Sequence record: PV037056.1
Strand: one strand, 5' to 3'
From: Staphylococcus phage Fi4S2
DNA length: 64,000 bases
In this document: positions 50,266 to 60,076 of the stretch, in pieces
Layout: each line of letters opens with the position of its first letter
How positions within the stretch are numbered: the stretch's first letter is position 1
Made by a program: the position numbers and the translations under genes
Notes under the pieces: generated by a model
Told to the model about the DNA's origin: nothing
Seen by the model: the letters and a program-made list of their open reading frames with translations, nothing else
The model's database searches: none

Positions 50266-50589
50266 ATGGCATGGGTTTACAATAATGTAGAAGCATCAGG
50301 AATGTGTTTACTAACAATAGATGAGATAGACCATAAGACCTTAGTTATGGACTTTATGACAGAGGGTTGGTATGACGACACTGACCCTAACTTAGTTCTC
50401 AAACCAAAAAGAATATGTCCTTATGTTTGGTTTGAAGGATTTGAAACTGACTATTGGTTCTTTGCTCCAATGAGGTTCATGATTTTAAGTGCACGAGAAG
50501 AAATAATAGAAGATACAGATTGGAAATATTACTACACAGGTAAAGATTCTATACCAACTCCAGGAAGAGGTGAGCCATACCCATGGTAA
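50266..50589 (+). CDS. hypothetical tail protein
   Basis: 107 aa, overlaps next gene by 7 nt. Confidence 0.45.
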   Translation: MAWVYNNVEASGMCLLTIDEIDHKTLVMDFMTEGWYDDTDPNLVLKPKRICPYVWFEGFETDYWFFAPMRFMILSAREEIIEDTDWKYYYTGKDSIPTPGRGEPYPW

Positions 50590-51959
50590 TACAATTTTCA
50601 CCATTAACAAAAGACAATACCGTAAAAGACCTTTCAGAAACAGTTAATAGTATTGGGGCTGAGCTAACTAAGAGTAATAACATCTTTACTCAGGTTGATT
50701 CTATGTCTAAGACTTTGCAAAATGTCCAACAATTCTCATTAACTAATAAGGATGGCTATTCTAAAGTACCAGGTTCTTTAAAAAGTATCAGAGACTTGAG
50801 AGAGGCAGGTTATTACTATATATCTGCTTCTACTCTTGCTACTTTAGCAGATGCCCCACCAGTTAACTCTGATGTTGTAATTACTGTAATGCCCTCTTCA
50901 ACAAAAGATTATTGCATACAGTATTTACATACACTAAGAGCATCTATCAATCCTAGAGCATTGTTTAGGTACGCTACACCATCAATGTCTACAGAGTGGT
51001 TATCCGTAGTTACAACACCATTAACTATGAATACTACCATCAGTGATAAAGACTTAAACAAAGACATTATAGACGTAGGAACTTATTATTTCTATAATCT
51101 TAAAGGTGTTCCAACAGGGATAACACGAGGATTTTTAGATGTAAGAAAAGGCCAAAATGATTTAGCTATCTATGAGGTAACTAATGCTTCTACAGCTTTG
51201 AAATACACATCAATATTTTCACCTGACACAGGCCTTTCTAGCTGGGTAGAGGAAACTACATTAGATAATATAAATGCTTATACTATAGCATCTAAGACAG
51301 ACTCTTATACGTACCCTAGATTTGGTTTATATATTTATAAATCAGATAATATTTCTTTTGGGGATGCTATACAGAAGAAGTTAAGAGAAACTAACCAAGG
51401 GTCTTTCACCTTCTACTGTCAAGGAGGGGTAACAAATGCTCCTAGCTCCCATTCAACACGAGGATTATTTATATCTGACACACCTAAAGACTCAGGAGCT
51501 TCAACTAACCATGGTGTATATTATGCTATTGAGACTAGCGGTAAGTTAGTAACGGGAGCTTTATCTAGTGATAAATGGACTACTCCGAAGAAGGCTCCAT
51601 CTATAGATACCTTATGGACAGGCAATAAGTTATTTACAGATACAAGTAAAACAGAGAAACTATCAGCTCCTATCACAGAATATGATTATGTAGAGATTTT
51701 TATTAAACCTAGATTAACAACTAACTCATCAGGAGATGTATGGGACGTAGTAAATAATGAAGGTCGTAAGTTCTATATAGGTAATGATGACTTCTTCATT
51801 GTCTCTGGTACTATCGTAGACTCTAAAGCCAGTACTATAGGTGTTGACCATTATAGAGTGGACATCAGATTCGATGGAGATACTTTTAAAGTAGACGGTT
51901 CTGCTACTATCAACAAAAAAGCACACTATGTAACTAGAATAGTTGGTCATAGAGTTTAG
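50583..51959 (+). CDS. putative receptor-binding/tail fibre protein
   Basis: 458 aa, last gene of tail module before strong terminator. Confidence 0.5.
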   Translation: MVIQFSPLTKDNTVKDLSETVNSIGAELTKSNNIFTQVDSMSKTLQNVQQFSLTNKDGYSKVPGSLKSIRDLREAGYYYISASTLATLADAPPVNSDVVITVMPSSTKDYCIQYLHTLRASINPRALFRYATPSMSTEWLSVVTTPLTMNTTISDKDLNKDIIDVGTYYFYNLKGVPTGITRGFLDVRKGQNDLAIYEVTNASTALKYTSIFSPDTGLSSWVEETTLDNINAYTIASKTDSYTYPRFGLYIYKSDNISFGDAIQKKLRETNQGSFTFYCQGGVTNAPSSHSTRGLFISDTPKDSGASTNHGVYYAIETSGKLVTGALSSDKWTTPKKAPSIDTLWTGNKLFTDTSKTEKLSAPITEYDYVEIFIKPRLTTNSSGDVWDVVNNEGRKFYIGNDDFFIVSGTIVDSKASTIGVDHYRVDIRFDGDTFKVDGSATINKKAHYVTRIVGHRV

Positions 51960-51967
51960 AATTTAAG

Positions 51968-51998
51968 TACAGGATATTTCCTGTGCTTTTTTTTTTGT
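51968..51998 (+). terminator. rho-independent terminator
   Basis: acagga-tatt-tcctgt, GC, then 10 T. Confidence 0.6.
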
Positions 51999-52026
51999 TG
52001 CAAAATAAGTGAAAGTGTGATATACT
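51998..52026 (+). promoter_or_regulatory. sigma-A-type promoter with extended -10 for helicase operon
   Basis: TTGCAA-17 bp-(TGa)TATACT; AGGAGG RBS; GTG start at 52058. Confidence 0.55.
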
Positions 52027-52057
52027 AGTAAAAGACCATAGAATAGGAGGATTTATA

Positions 52058-54622
52058 GTGAAGATTATTGTAGACATTATAGACAGCAAGATAGAGTTTG
52101 AACCTGAAGATGAGCATTTAAAACCCGCTATTATCAACAGAGCACATACAGATTTAGGTGCTAGAGACCCAAACTTTTTGCATGATAGAAGGTATAAGTT
52201 AGGTATATGGGATGGGATGATAGACTTTTACGATGCAAAAAACCACTCATTCCCTACAGGACTTCTAGAAAAAGTTATGATTATGCTAGGGGACATGCAG
52301 TCACAGTATGGGTTTACATACTCTGTAGAGGACTTCAGACCTGACACATTTTTAGATGTTGATGAGATGGATGAGGAGATAGTTTTAAAGGATGAAGAGT
52401 TAGGCTCCATAACGCTCAGAGACTATCAACACGATGCAGTAAAAGGTATCATAGAACATATGAATGGTATTGTTAACCTAAGCACTAATGCAGGTAAATG
52501 TATCAATAAGAATACAAGAATACTTACAGCTCAAGGTTATAAAACACTGGAGGACATCTTTACAGAACAAGGTATAAGTTTAGATGGTGATGAAGAAGTT
52601 ATACCATTAAAGTATACGCTTATTAATCGTTATGGAAAGAGAGAGCAAACAAGTCATTTTACAAAGAATGGTATTAAGCCTACTAAAGTAATAACTACAC
52701 ACAGAGGAACAACATTGAATACAACCTATAATCATCCATTGTTAGTAGATAGAGAGGGCATACCTGAGTGGGTTAAAGCAGAGGACTTAAAAGCAGGAGA
52801 CAAACTATATGCTAGAGCTGGAGATAATGTATTTGGTACAGATAAAACAGTTAGGTCTGAGAGTGAAGCTTATAGAAGAGGTGCTTTACAAACTGCAACA
52901 ACACCTCTACCAAAGTATATTCATCAAGCCCCAAGAAAAATACAATTAGCATTTCTTACTGGGTTTTTAAATCTAAGAGAAGGTATTGATTTACTAAAAA
53001 CATTACATACTTATAATGAACGTATTGTAATAGAAAGTCCATGTAAAGAGCTTTTAGAGGACTTACAGCTAGTTCTATCTAACCTAGGTATCCTATCTTC
53101 CCTGAAAGATACAGAAAAATCATCTTTTACATATTACGGTTTATTGAACGTGTATGAAGGACAAGAAGAGCTTAACATAGAAACTCAAACCTATTTACAA
53201 GAAGTTGTATCTATAGAAGAAGGGGAAGAGATTCCTACATTTGATGTTAGTATGCCTGAGACAAACTCATTCATAGGACAAGGAATTATAAATCATAATA
53301 CGGAAGTAGCTAGTGGAATCATTCAGCAGTTACTCCCTCAGTTAGAAAGAGGAGAACGTATTGCTTTCTTCACTAATAACTCATCTATCTTTTACCAGTC
53401 AGCTAAACGTATAGGAGATAGATTAGGTATTAAAGTAGGGTTATATGGTGGAGGTAAAAAAGACATCCAACAAGTTACATGTGTAATGTTACCTACGATA
53501 CATGCTGGGTTGACAGACCCTGAAAAAAATGTTAAACTAACTGAGAAAGAAAGACTATTTAAACGTATAGCCAAGGAAGTACTACCTCAGTTTGAATCAG
53601 GGGTAAACCAACGTTATCTACTGAAGCTATTTATTGACCGTTTTGAGCCTAAGACTAAAGTTGACTTAAAGTTTAAGCATGAACTTGAAGAGGTCTTACA
53701 TAGAAGTGGTTCTGATAGTGAAGTATTGATGAACTTAACAAAGTATGCTAAGCTATATAGAGAAACAATACAGAAGAAAAATAATAAAGTATATAAGAAA
53801 AATAAAGAAGTGGTAGACTTCTTAGAGAGTGTTTCTGTTATGATTTGTGATGAAGCACATCATACGTCAGCAGATACTTGGTACTACTCACTCAGACGAT
53901 GCATCAATGCTCAATACAGAGTAGCCCTTACAGGTTCAATAGAAGAGAGCAATGAACTACTTGTAATGAGGATGAAATCGGTATTTGGAGAGATAGTAGC
54001 TAAAGTAAGAAATAAACAAATGATTGAAAGAGGTTTTTCTGCTAAACCTATTATAAAAGTTTTTCCTGTAACTCAACCTAAAGACATATCGGGACTAAAA
54101 GAGTTCCAAGAAATATACAGGAAAGGTATAGTTGAGAATGAGTATAGAAACCTGTTGATGGCTAAACTAACTAAAACATTAAACACACAAGGTAAAACAA
54201 CATTGTTAATAGTAAACCATACAAAACATGGAGAGGCGTTAGTAGAGTTATTAGAGCAACTAGAAATAGACCATAGATTCATTCACGGTCAATTGTCTAC
54301 AGAGTATAGAGAAGAGTCATTACAATTAGTGAGAGACGGGAAACTAAGTGTCCTTATAGCCACATCTATTGTAGATGAGGGTGTAGACATCTCAGCTATT
54401 GACGCTTTAATACTTTGTGCAGGAGGTAAATCTCTACGACAAACCCTTCAGCGTATAGGTAGAACATTAAGAAAGAAAAAAGGTGACAATACCTGCCAAG
54501 TATTTGATTTCACTGATTACACACATGACATTTTACTTTCACACTCTAAGAAGAGAAGAAAAATATATGTAGAAGAAGAGTTTGAGATAGTTGACATACA
54601 GCCAAAAGCAAAACAAGGGTAA
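52058..54622 (+). CDS. SF2 DNA helicase precursor (extein 52058..52498 + 53300..54622) interrupted by intein
   Basis: Motif I STNAGK|T split by intein; motif II ICDEAHH; motif III LTGS; motif VI QRIGRTLR. Confidence 0.8.
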   Translation: MKIIVDIIDSKIEFEPEDEHLKPAIINRAHTDLGARDPNFLHDRRYKLGIWDGMIDFYDAKNHSFPTGLLEKVMIMLGDMQSQYGFTYSVEDFRPDTFLDVDEMDEEIVLKDEELGSITLRDYQHDAVKGIIEHMNGIVNLSTNAGKCINKNTRILTAQGYKTLEDIFTEQGISLDGDEEVIPLKYTLINRYGKREQTSHFTKNGIKPTKVITTHRGTTLNTTYNHPLLVDREGIPEWVKAEDLKAGDKLYARAGDNVFGTDKTVRSESEAYRRGALQTATTPLPKYIHQAPRKIQLAFLTGFLNLREGIDLLKTLHTYNERIVIESPCKELLEDLQLVLSNLGILSSLKDTEKSSFTYYGLLNVYEGQEELNIETQTYLQEVVSIEEGEEIPTFDVSMPETNSFIGQGIINHNTEVASGIIQQLLPQLERGERIAFFTNNSSIFYQSAKRIGDRLGIKVGLYGGGKKDIQQVTCVMLPTIHAGLTDPEKNVKLTEKERLFKRIAKEVLPQFESGVNQRYLLKLFIDRFEPKTKVDLKFKHELEEVLHRSGSDSEVLMNLTKYAKLYRETIQKKNNKVYKKNKEVVDFLESVSVMICDEAHHTSADTWYYSLRRCINAQYRVALTGSIEESNELLVMRMKSVFGEIVAKVRNKQMIERGFSAKPIIKVFPVTQPKDISGLKEFQEIYRKGIVENEYRNLLMAKLTKTLNTQGKTTLLIVNHTKHGEALVELLEQLEIDHRFIHGQLSTEYREESLQLVRDGKLSVLIATSIVDEGVDISAIDALILCAGGKSLRQTLQRIGRTLRKKKGDNTCQVFDFTDYTHDILLSHSKKRRKIYVEEEFEIVDIQPKAKQG
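52499..53299 (+). mobile_element. intein (267 aa) inserted in helicase P-loop
   Basis: Begins CINKNTRILT (block A), block B ITTHRG, degenerate LAGLIDADG-like LAFLTGFLNLREG, ends FIGQGIINHN followed by +1 Thr; coordinates from ORF start + residue count. Confidence 0.75.
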
Positions 54623-54641
54623 CAAGAGGAGAGGAGAGCAT

Positions 54642-56285
54642 ATGCAACAGCTTAGAGAAGAAGATAATCAAGTAGTATTAACTAAGTCTACTGAACATTT
54701 TTTAGACTTTCTAAAAGACCAAGTTAATGAAGATGGGACATATGCTATAGGAACTAGGAAACAGCTAGAAGAATCCTATGGCAAGTCCCGTTCTGTTATT
54801 GACCGTAAGTTAAAAGAACTAACAGAAAAAGAAATTATTACTTGCGTTACAAAAAGAGGTAAGAATGGTGGTACTATCATTACTCTAAACTACTACAAAC
54901 CTAGTGACTTTAATGCTTGGGTTAAGAAAGATGATAGTGTTATTACTTCTAATGAAAAGTATGCAAGAGATTTACGGAAAAAGGTATTTCCTAAATATAA
55001 AAGACCTTTAGGCCAAGGAAGACCTAGACGTACAAAAGAAGAGATGAGAGCTTATAAGCTAGCTAGAACTGAATTTGAAAAGTTAATGGTAACAATGAAT
55101 CAGAGTACAAGTAACTTATACCCTTCTAAAGAAGTTTTTAATATGGCTCCTGACCCTGAAGGTTACTATAAAGCATATACTATGGCTAGACTATATGATG
55201 TTATGTGTTATGAATACATGAAGCAAGCATGGATAGACCATAAAAATATCAAAAATCCTACAGAAAAAGAGAAGAGTGCTGTAGACTTCTACTATACTAA
55301 GATGCTATACTATAGAAACAGTAACATATTAGGTAAAGACTTTTTTGGTACTAAACTATTTAATACCTTCTATAATGCCTACAATAAGCTAAAAGAGAGT
55401 AAGCTAATGATGAGTATAGAAGAGTATATGCATTCAGTATTCAAAAATTATGTTACTCACTTTGAATATTATAGAGGAACAAAGTATGGCTTAAAGAGTC
55501 CAGTACCTTACCCTAACTACTTACACAGTGAGACAGCATTCAAGAATTTCTACCAGCATAGAGACTACCTAAGAAAGAACAAATGTAACTTCGATAGTTA
55601 CTTACCTATAGGTAACTATGTTAGTATAATAGGTATAGCAAATCCAGTATACAAAGCTATATCAAGGTTATTTAATTCCGACTTCAACACCAAAGAAGAG
55701 CATAATATCATAGAGGATAAATTTAATGTGGTTATGAAGACACGAGGATTATATAGCCCTATTACAGATTCCTTATATACATCTGATGAGCTATCGGAAG
55801 AACCTGAGCTACAAGATACATTGAGCTACTTCAAGAAATATAAAGAAACAATTGATGAGGTTAAAGCAGTTATAGAGGATGAGAAGGAGTATAAACTAAT
55901 TGACTTATTCTTAAAACAACTATATATGATAAAAGTAGACCCTATGAAGTTAACTATATTTGATAGAATGACTATGTATCCTGTACAACAACGTTACTAC
56001 TTTGAAATGCTAGATTTCTCAGGAAGACTTAGAAAGGACAGAGAAGAGTCTTACGCTTGTATAGGTGCTGTAGGCCAACCTATAAAACAAGAACAGTTTG
56101 AGGATTTTGCTAGAGCAGGAGAAGAGTACTCTAATATCGCTAATGGAGGAGCTATGTATCAAATTATTAATATGTATATGGGTTACAATAGCACTGCCTT
56201 AAATGTACATGAAGTACATAATGTAATAAATAAATATAAATTAAATCACATTATAAAGCTTGACAAAAATGGTTTATTAGTATAA
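54642..56285 (+). CDS. hypothetical replication-module protein
   Basis: Preferred start ATG 54642 (MQQLREED) after GAGGAGAGGAG; track start 54591 overlaps helicase. Confidence 0.5.
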   Translation: MQQLREEDNQVVLTKSTEHFLDFLKDQVNEDGTYAIGTRKQLEESYGKSRSVIDRKLKELTEKEIITCVTKRGKNGGTIITLNYYKPSDFNAWVKKDDSVITSNEKYARDLRKKVFPKYKRPLGQGRPRRTKEEMRAYKLARTEFEKLMVTMNQSTSNLYPSKEVFNMAPDPEGYYKAYTMARLYDVMCYEYMKQAWIDHKNIKNPTEKEKSAVDFYYTKMLYYRNSNILGKDFFGTKLFNTFYNAYNKLKESKLMMSIEEYMHSVFKNYVTHFEYYRGTKYGLKSPVPYPNYLHSETAFKNFYQHRDYLRKNKCNFDSYLPIGNYVSIIGIANPVYKAISRLFNSDFNTKEEHNIIEDKFNVVMKTRGLYSPITDSLYTSDELSEEPELQDTLSYFKKYKETIDEVKAVIEDEKEYKLIDLFLKQLYMIKVDPMKLTIFDRMTMYPVQQRYYFEMLDFSGRLRKDREESYACIGAVGQPIKQEQFEDFARAGEEYSNIANGGAMYQIINMYMGYNSTALNVHEVHNVINKYKLNHIIKLDKNGLLV

Positions 56286-56317
56286 GATGAATATATAATA
56301 TTTTAGGAGGCACTTGT

Positions 56318-57757
56318 ATGAGTAGAAAAATGAAAGAGCTAGTAATTACACGTTCTTTAAAAGACTTAGAATTTGCAAGAGGGGCTTTATTAAAGCTCCC
56401 TGCAACAGTCTTTGAAGATGATAAGTCTTTACAAACTATTTACACAGTTTTAAAGAGACAGTTAATGAGCTCTCAAAATAGACCGAGCCAAGAAGTAATG
56501 ACATTAAAAATTGAAGACCTTTTAACAAAACAGGGTAAAGATGATGAAGTTATAGATACTGCCATATCTACACTTAACTCTTTATATGAAGTAGAGAAGG
56601 ATAAGAAGTTAGAAGATGAATCAATCAATACAGAAGTAGATAACTACGTTAAAGCTGAAATGACTAAGGATGCTATTATTAAAGCTGTTAGAAAAAATGA
56701 ATTAGAAGACGTAGATAAGATAGGCAAACTAGGTGAAGAGATTACAAAGATTGCAGTTCAGAATCTTTCAGGAGGTTCAGGAGACTTTTTAGACTTCTTC
56801 AATGACATAGACAAGAAAAAAGAATTGCTATCTAATATCTATTCTCATAAATATCCAACAGGATTTAAAACTTTAGATGGTATTATTGAAGGTGGATTAT
56901 CTAGAGGAGAAGTTGGTGTTATCTCAGGTATTACAGGTGGTGGTAAATCACTTACTATTACTAACCTTATTGCCAACTATGTCCGTAGTGGCTTGAATGT
57001 ATTGCTTGTATCACTAGAGGAGAACATGGAACGTATTGTATTACGTTCTGAGCAACAGATGTTTGGTATTAAAAAGAGTAGTATCTTAAATACAGACTAC
57101 ACATTAAATGAAGCTTCATATGAAGCTATTCAAAAGCTATACCAACAAAAAGGTAAAACGTTTGGGAACTACTTCATTTCTAAACACAAACCTCAAGAGG
57201 TAAGTCCTTCAAAACTAGAGCAAATAATTGTTAATACAACAGTGAGAGAAGATACAAATATTGATGTAGTCATTATTGACTATCCTGAGCTTATGATTAA
57301 TCCATATAATAATGCTAGTGAGTCAGAAGCTGGTTCTTTAATCTATGAACATATCCGTAAACTATCACAAGAGTATGACTTCTTATGTTGGACTATATCT
57401 CAGGTAAACCGTAATGCATCTCAAAATAGTGAAGTAATAACTAAGTCTCATATTGAGGGTTCTAAACGTAAACTGAACGCAGTAGAGCTTCACTTAACAT
57501 TAAACCAAACATCAGAAGAGTTTGAGGCAGGTTACTTAAGATTTTACTTAGATAAGGTACGTAACAACTCAGGTAGAGTATCTAGTAAAATCATACCTAT
57601 GAGAGTAGAGCCTGAAACTATGACAGTTAGAGATTGCTTACCTGAAGAAATACAAGAGCACTCAGAAGTAATGAACTCTAGAGATAGTCAAGTGTTTAAC
57701 AAACCTAAACAAGAGTCACCTACTTCAAGAGCTAAAAGTTTTGATAATGGATTTTAG
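56318..57757 (+). CDS. DnaB/RecA-fold replicative-helicase-like ATPase
   Basis: Walker A GITGGGKS, Walker B VVIIDYPEL, 479 aa. Confidence 0.65.
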   Translation: MSRKMKELVITRSLKDLEFARGALLKLPATVFEDDKSLQTIYTVLKRQLMSSQNRPSQEVMTLKIEDLLTKQGKDDEVIDTAISTLNSLYEVEKDKKLEDESINTEVDNYVKAEMTKDAIIKAVRKNELEDVDKIGKLGEEITKIAVQNLSGGSGDFLDFFNDIDKKKELLSNIYSHKYPTGFKTLDGIIEGGLSRGEVGVISGITGGGKSLTITNLIANYVRSGLNVLLVSLEENMERIVLRSEQQMFGIKKSSILNTDYTLNEASYEAIQKLYQQKGKTFGNYFISKHKPQEVSPSKLEQIIVNTTVREDTNIDVVIIDYPELMINPYNNASESEAGSLIYEHIRKLSQEYDFLCWTISQVNRNASQNSEVITKSHIEGSKRKLNAVELHLTLNQTSEEFEAGYLRFYLDKVRNNSGRVSSKIIPMRVEPETMTVRDCLPEEIQEHSEVMNSRDSQVFNKPKQESPTSRAKSFDNGF

Positions 57758-57768
57758 GAGGAAGATTA

Positions 57769-58350
57769 ATGAAATTTATATTTTTCACAGACAGTCATTT
57801 TCACTTATTCACAGACTTTAGTAAACCTGATGAGTTTTATCGTAATGACAGATTTAGAGAACAGATAGAAACTTTAAATCATGTTTTTACTCTTGCTAGA
57901 GAAAAGGAAGCTACAATTATTTTTGGTGGTGATTTATTTCATAAACGTAATGCTGTAGATACAGTAGTATATAATGAGGTATTTAAGGTATTTGCTAGAA
58001 ATAAAGATGTAGCTGTCTTATTACTCAGAGGCAACCATGATGCTACAACCAATTCAGTGTATACTGACTCAAGTATAGACACGTTTGAATACTTACCTAA
58101 TGTAAGTGTATTTCAATCTTTTGGAACTATAGAGGTAGGTAATGCAAACTTAGTATTTACAGCTTATGGTGATGAGACTGAAGAGATAAAGGACTACATT
58201 GAAGATAACTACAATACAGATAAGGTTAACATCCTTGTAGGACACTTAGGTGTAGAAGGGTCTTTAACAGGTAAAGGTTCACACAGATTAGAAGGAGCTT
58301 TTGGGTACCAAGACCTTTTACCTGATAAGTATGATTTTATTCTTTTAGGG
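57769..58350 (+). CDS. sbcD: SbcD/Mre11-like nuclease, exon 1 (motifs I-IV)
   Basis: GGDLFH (II), LLLRGNHD (III), ILVGHLGVEG (IV), ends YDFILLG where E. coli SbcD has DYIALGHIH; stop follows immediately. Confidence 0.75.
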
Positions 58351-58523
58351 TAGATGCCCTGCTTATTCGTAAAGAGTAAGTACCGAGTGTTAAATGCTAT
58401 GAATCCGTAAAGCTAACTAAACTGAAACAGAAGAGGAAACTCTAGATGGAAAAGTTGTGAAAACAGAAAAAATTAGTTAGATGTACTAAGGTTAAATCCT
58501 AAGGTATACACAATCGGTCTATA

Positions 58524-58680
58524 GCAGGGAAAGACCTAAGTTCAAATGAATAAGGGAGACCCTCAACGACTATTCCGTATAGGTGACGGAAGTAAAACCC
58601 TAAACGACTGAGGGAAGAAAAATACTCCTACCTTAACTAAGGTAGAACAAATAGTCTCCACCCGTACCGAAAGGTAGGGC
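58524..58680 (+). ncRNA. group I intron catalytic-core-like elements
   Basis: gCAGGGAAAg (P/P4-like, 58524-58533), GACUAU (58568-73) complementary to AUAGUC (58651-56) = P7-like, AAAUAGUCUCC (S-element-like), hairpin ttccgt/acggaa (58573-91), stem ctacctt/aaggtag (58626-46), cccgtacc-GAAA-ggtaggg GNRA-capped helix (P9-like). Confidence 0.5.
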
Positions 58681-58750
58681 TATAGATGAACTATAGGATT
58701 ACAAAGTGGTGTTTGTAATCAAAGAATGTTAAATAAATTATAACTTCCTA

Positions 58751-58779
58751 TTGACATTACTTCCCTAACATGTTATAGT
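58751..58779 (+). promoter_or_regulatory. consensus sigma-A promoter inside the intervening sequence driving tnpB
   Basis: TTGACA-17 bp-TATAGT, then TAAGGAGGTG RBS before ATG 58802. Confidence 0.5.
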
Positions 58780-58801
58780 ACATGTATAAGGAGGTGTAAT
58801 A

Positions 58802-60076
58802 ATGTCAGAAAGTACAACGTACAGAAAAATTAAAATAAGGTTAGTACCAACAAAAGAACAGGAAGAGTTAATGTGGAAGCATGTTCATGCTAGTAGATTT
58901 ATTTACAATTGGGGTCTTGAAAGGTGGTATAGTAATTTAGATAATGGAATAAAGAATACTACAAGTAATAAGTTATCTAAAGAACTAAAAACAGTGAAAG
59001 AAGAAAACCCATGGTTAAAAGAGGTATCTAATAAAACTTTAGTAAAATCATTACAAGTTCTAGAGTTTAATATGAAGAGGTTTTTTAAAAAACAAACTAA
59101 AAGACCTAAATTTAAGAGCTCTAAAAGCAGTATACCTTCTTTTAAAACACGAACAGAAACTAAGTGGGGTAATAAACATTTACCTAACATTGAAGGAGAT
59201 AGGATACGGTTAGAAAAACTAAAATTAGTTAAATTATCTTCTAAGATAACTAAATCTATGAAAGAAAAGAACATAAACCCTGTATTTTATTCTAGTACAA
59301 TCTATTATGATGGTAAATATTGGTATATTTCATTAGCATATAAAGTCGAGAACCAAGACAAAAAAGAACTCACCAATGAAACCATAGGTATAGACTTAGG
59401 AATAAAATCATTAGCTACTTGTTCAAATGGTAAATCTTATAAAAATATTAATAAAAGTTCTAAAGTTAAAAAACTAGAGAAAAGACTAACTAGATTACAA
59501 AGACAACTATCACGTAAGTATGAAATGAATAAAGATAAAATACGAGTAGGACTACTTAATACAGATGGAACACCTAAGATAGATAAGCAAGGTAGACACA
59601 TGTATAAGTATTCTAAAACTAAGAACATTATTAAGTTAGAAAAAGAGATAAAACTCTTACACAGAAAACTTAAAAATATTAGAAATAATCATGTTCATAC
59701 TATGACTAAAGAAATAGTAGAATTATTACCACAAGAAATAGTAATAGAAGATTTAAAAGTAAGTAATATGTTAAAGAATAAACATTTATCTAAACATATA
59801 AGTAAAGCTAATTGGTATGAAATACGTAGACAATTAACTTATAAATGTGAGGATAGAGGAATTCTTCTTACAATAGCAAATACTTATTACCCTTCAAGTC
59901 AAACCTGTAGTCATTGTGGTAATCGTTTAACCAAACAAGACAAACTTAGTCTTAAAGAGAGAACTTACAAATGTAAGAAATGTAATTCTAGTTTAGATAG
60001 GGACTTAAATGCTAGTATTAACTTAATGAACTATAGATACTCCAAATGGTGTCAAAATAATATAATTTCACAATAA
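58802..60076 (+). CDS. tnpB: IS200/IS605-family TnpB (OrfB; OMEGA RNA-guided nuclease)
   Basis: 424 aa; RuvC-I IGIDLGIKSLA, RuvC-II IVIEDLKVSNM, zinc finger CSHCGN...CKKC, RuvC-III DRDLNASINL; N-terminal OrfB_IS605-like region. Confidence 0.85.
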   Translation: MSESTTYRKIKIRLVPTKEQEELMWKHVHASRFIYNWGLERWYSNLDNGIKNTTSNKLSKELKTVKEENPWLKEVSNKTLVKSLQVLEFNMKRFFKKQTKRPKFKSSKSSIPSFKTRTETKWGNKHLPNIEGDRIRLEKLKLVKLSSKITKSMKEKNINPVFYSSTIYYDGKYWYISLAYKVENQDKKELTNETIGIDLGIKSLATCSNGKSYKNINKSSKVKKLEKRLTRLQRQLSRKYEMNKDKIRVGLLNTDGTPKIDKQGRHMYKYSKTKNIIKLEKEIKLLHRKLKNIRNNHVHTMTKEIVELLPQEIVIEDLKVSNMLKNKHLSKHISKANWYEIRRQLTYKCEDRGILLTIANTYYPSSQTCSHCGNRLTKQDKLSLKERTYKCKKCNSSLDRDLNASINLMNYRYSKWCQNNIISQ

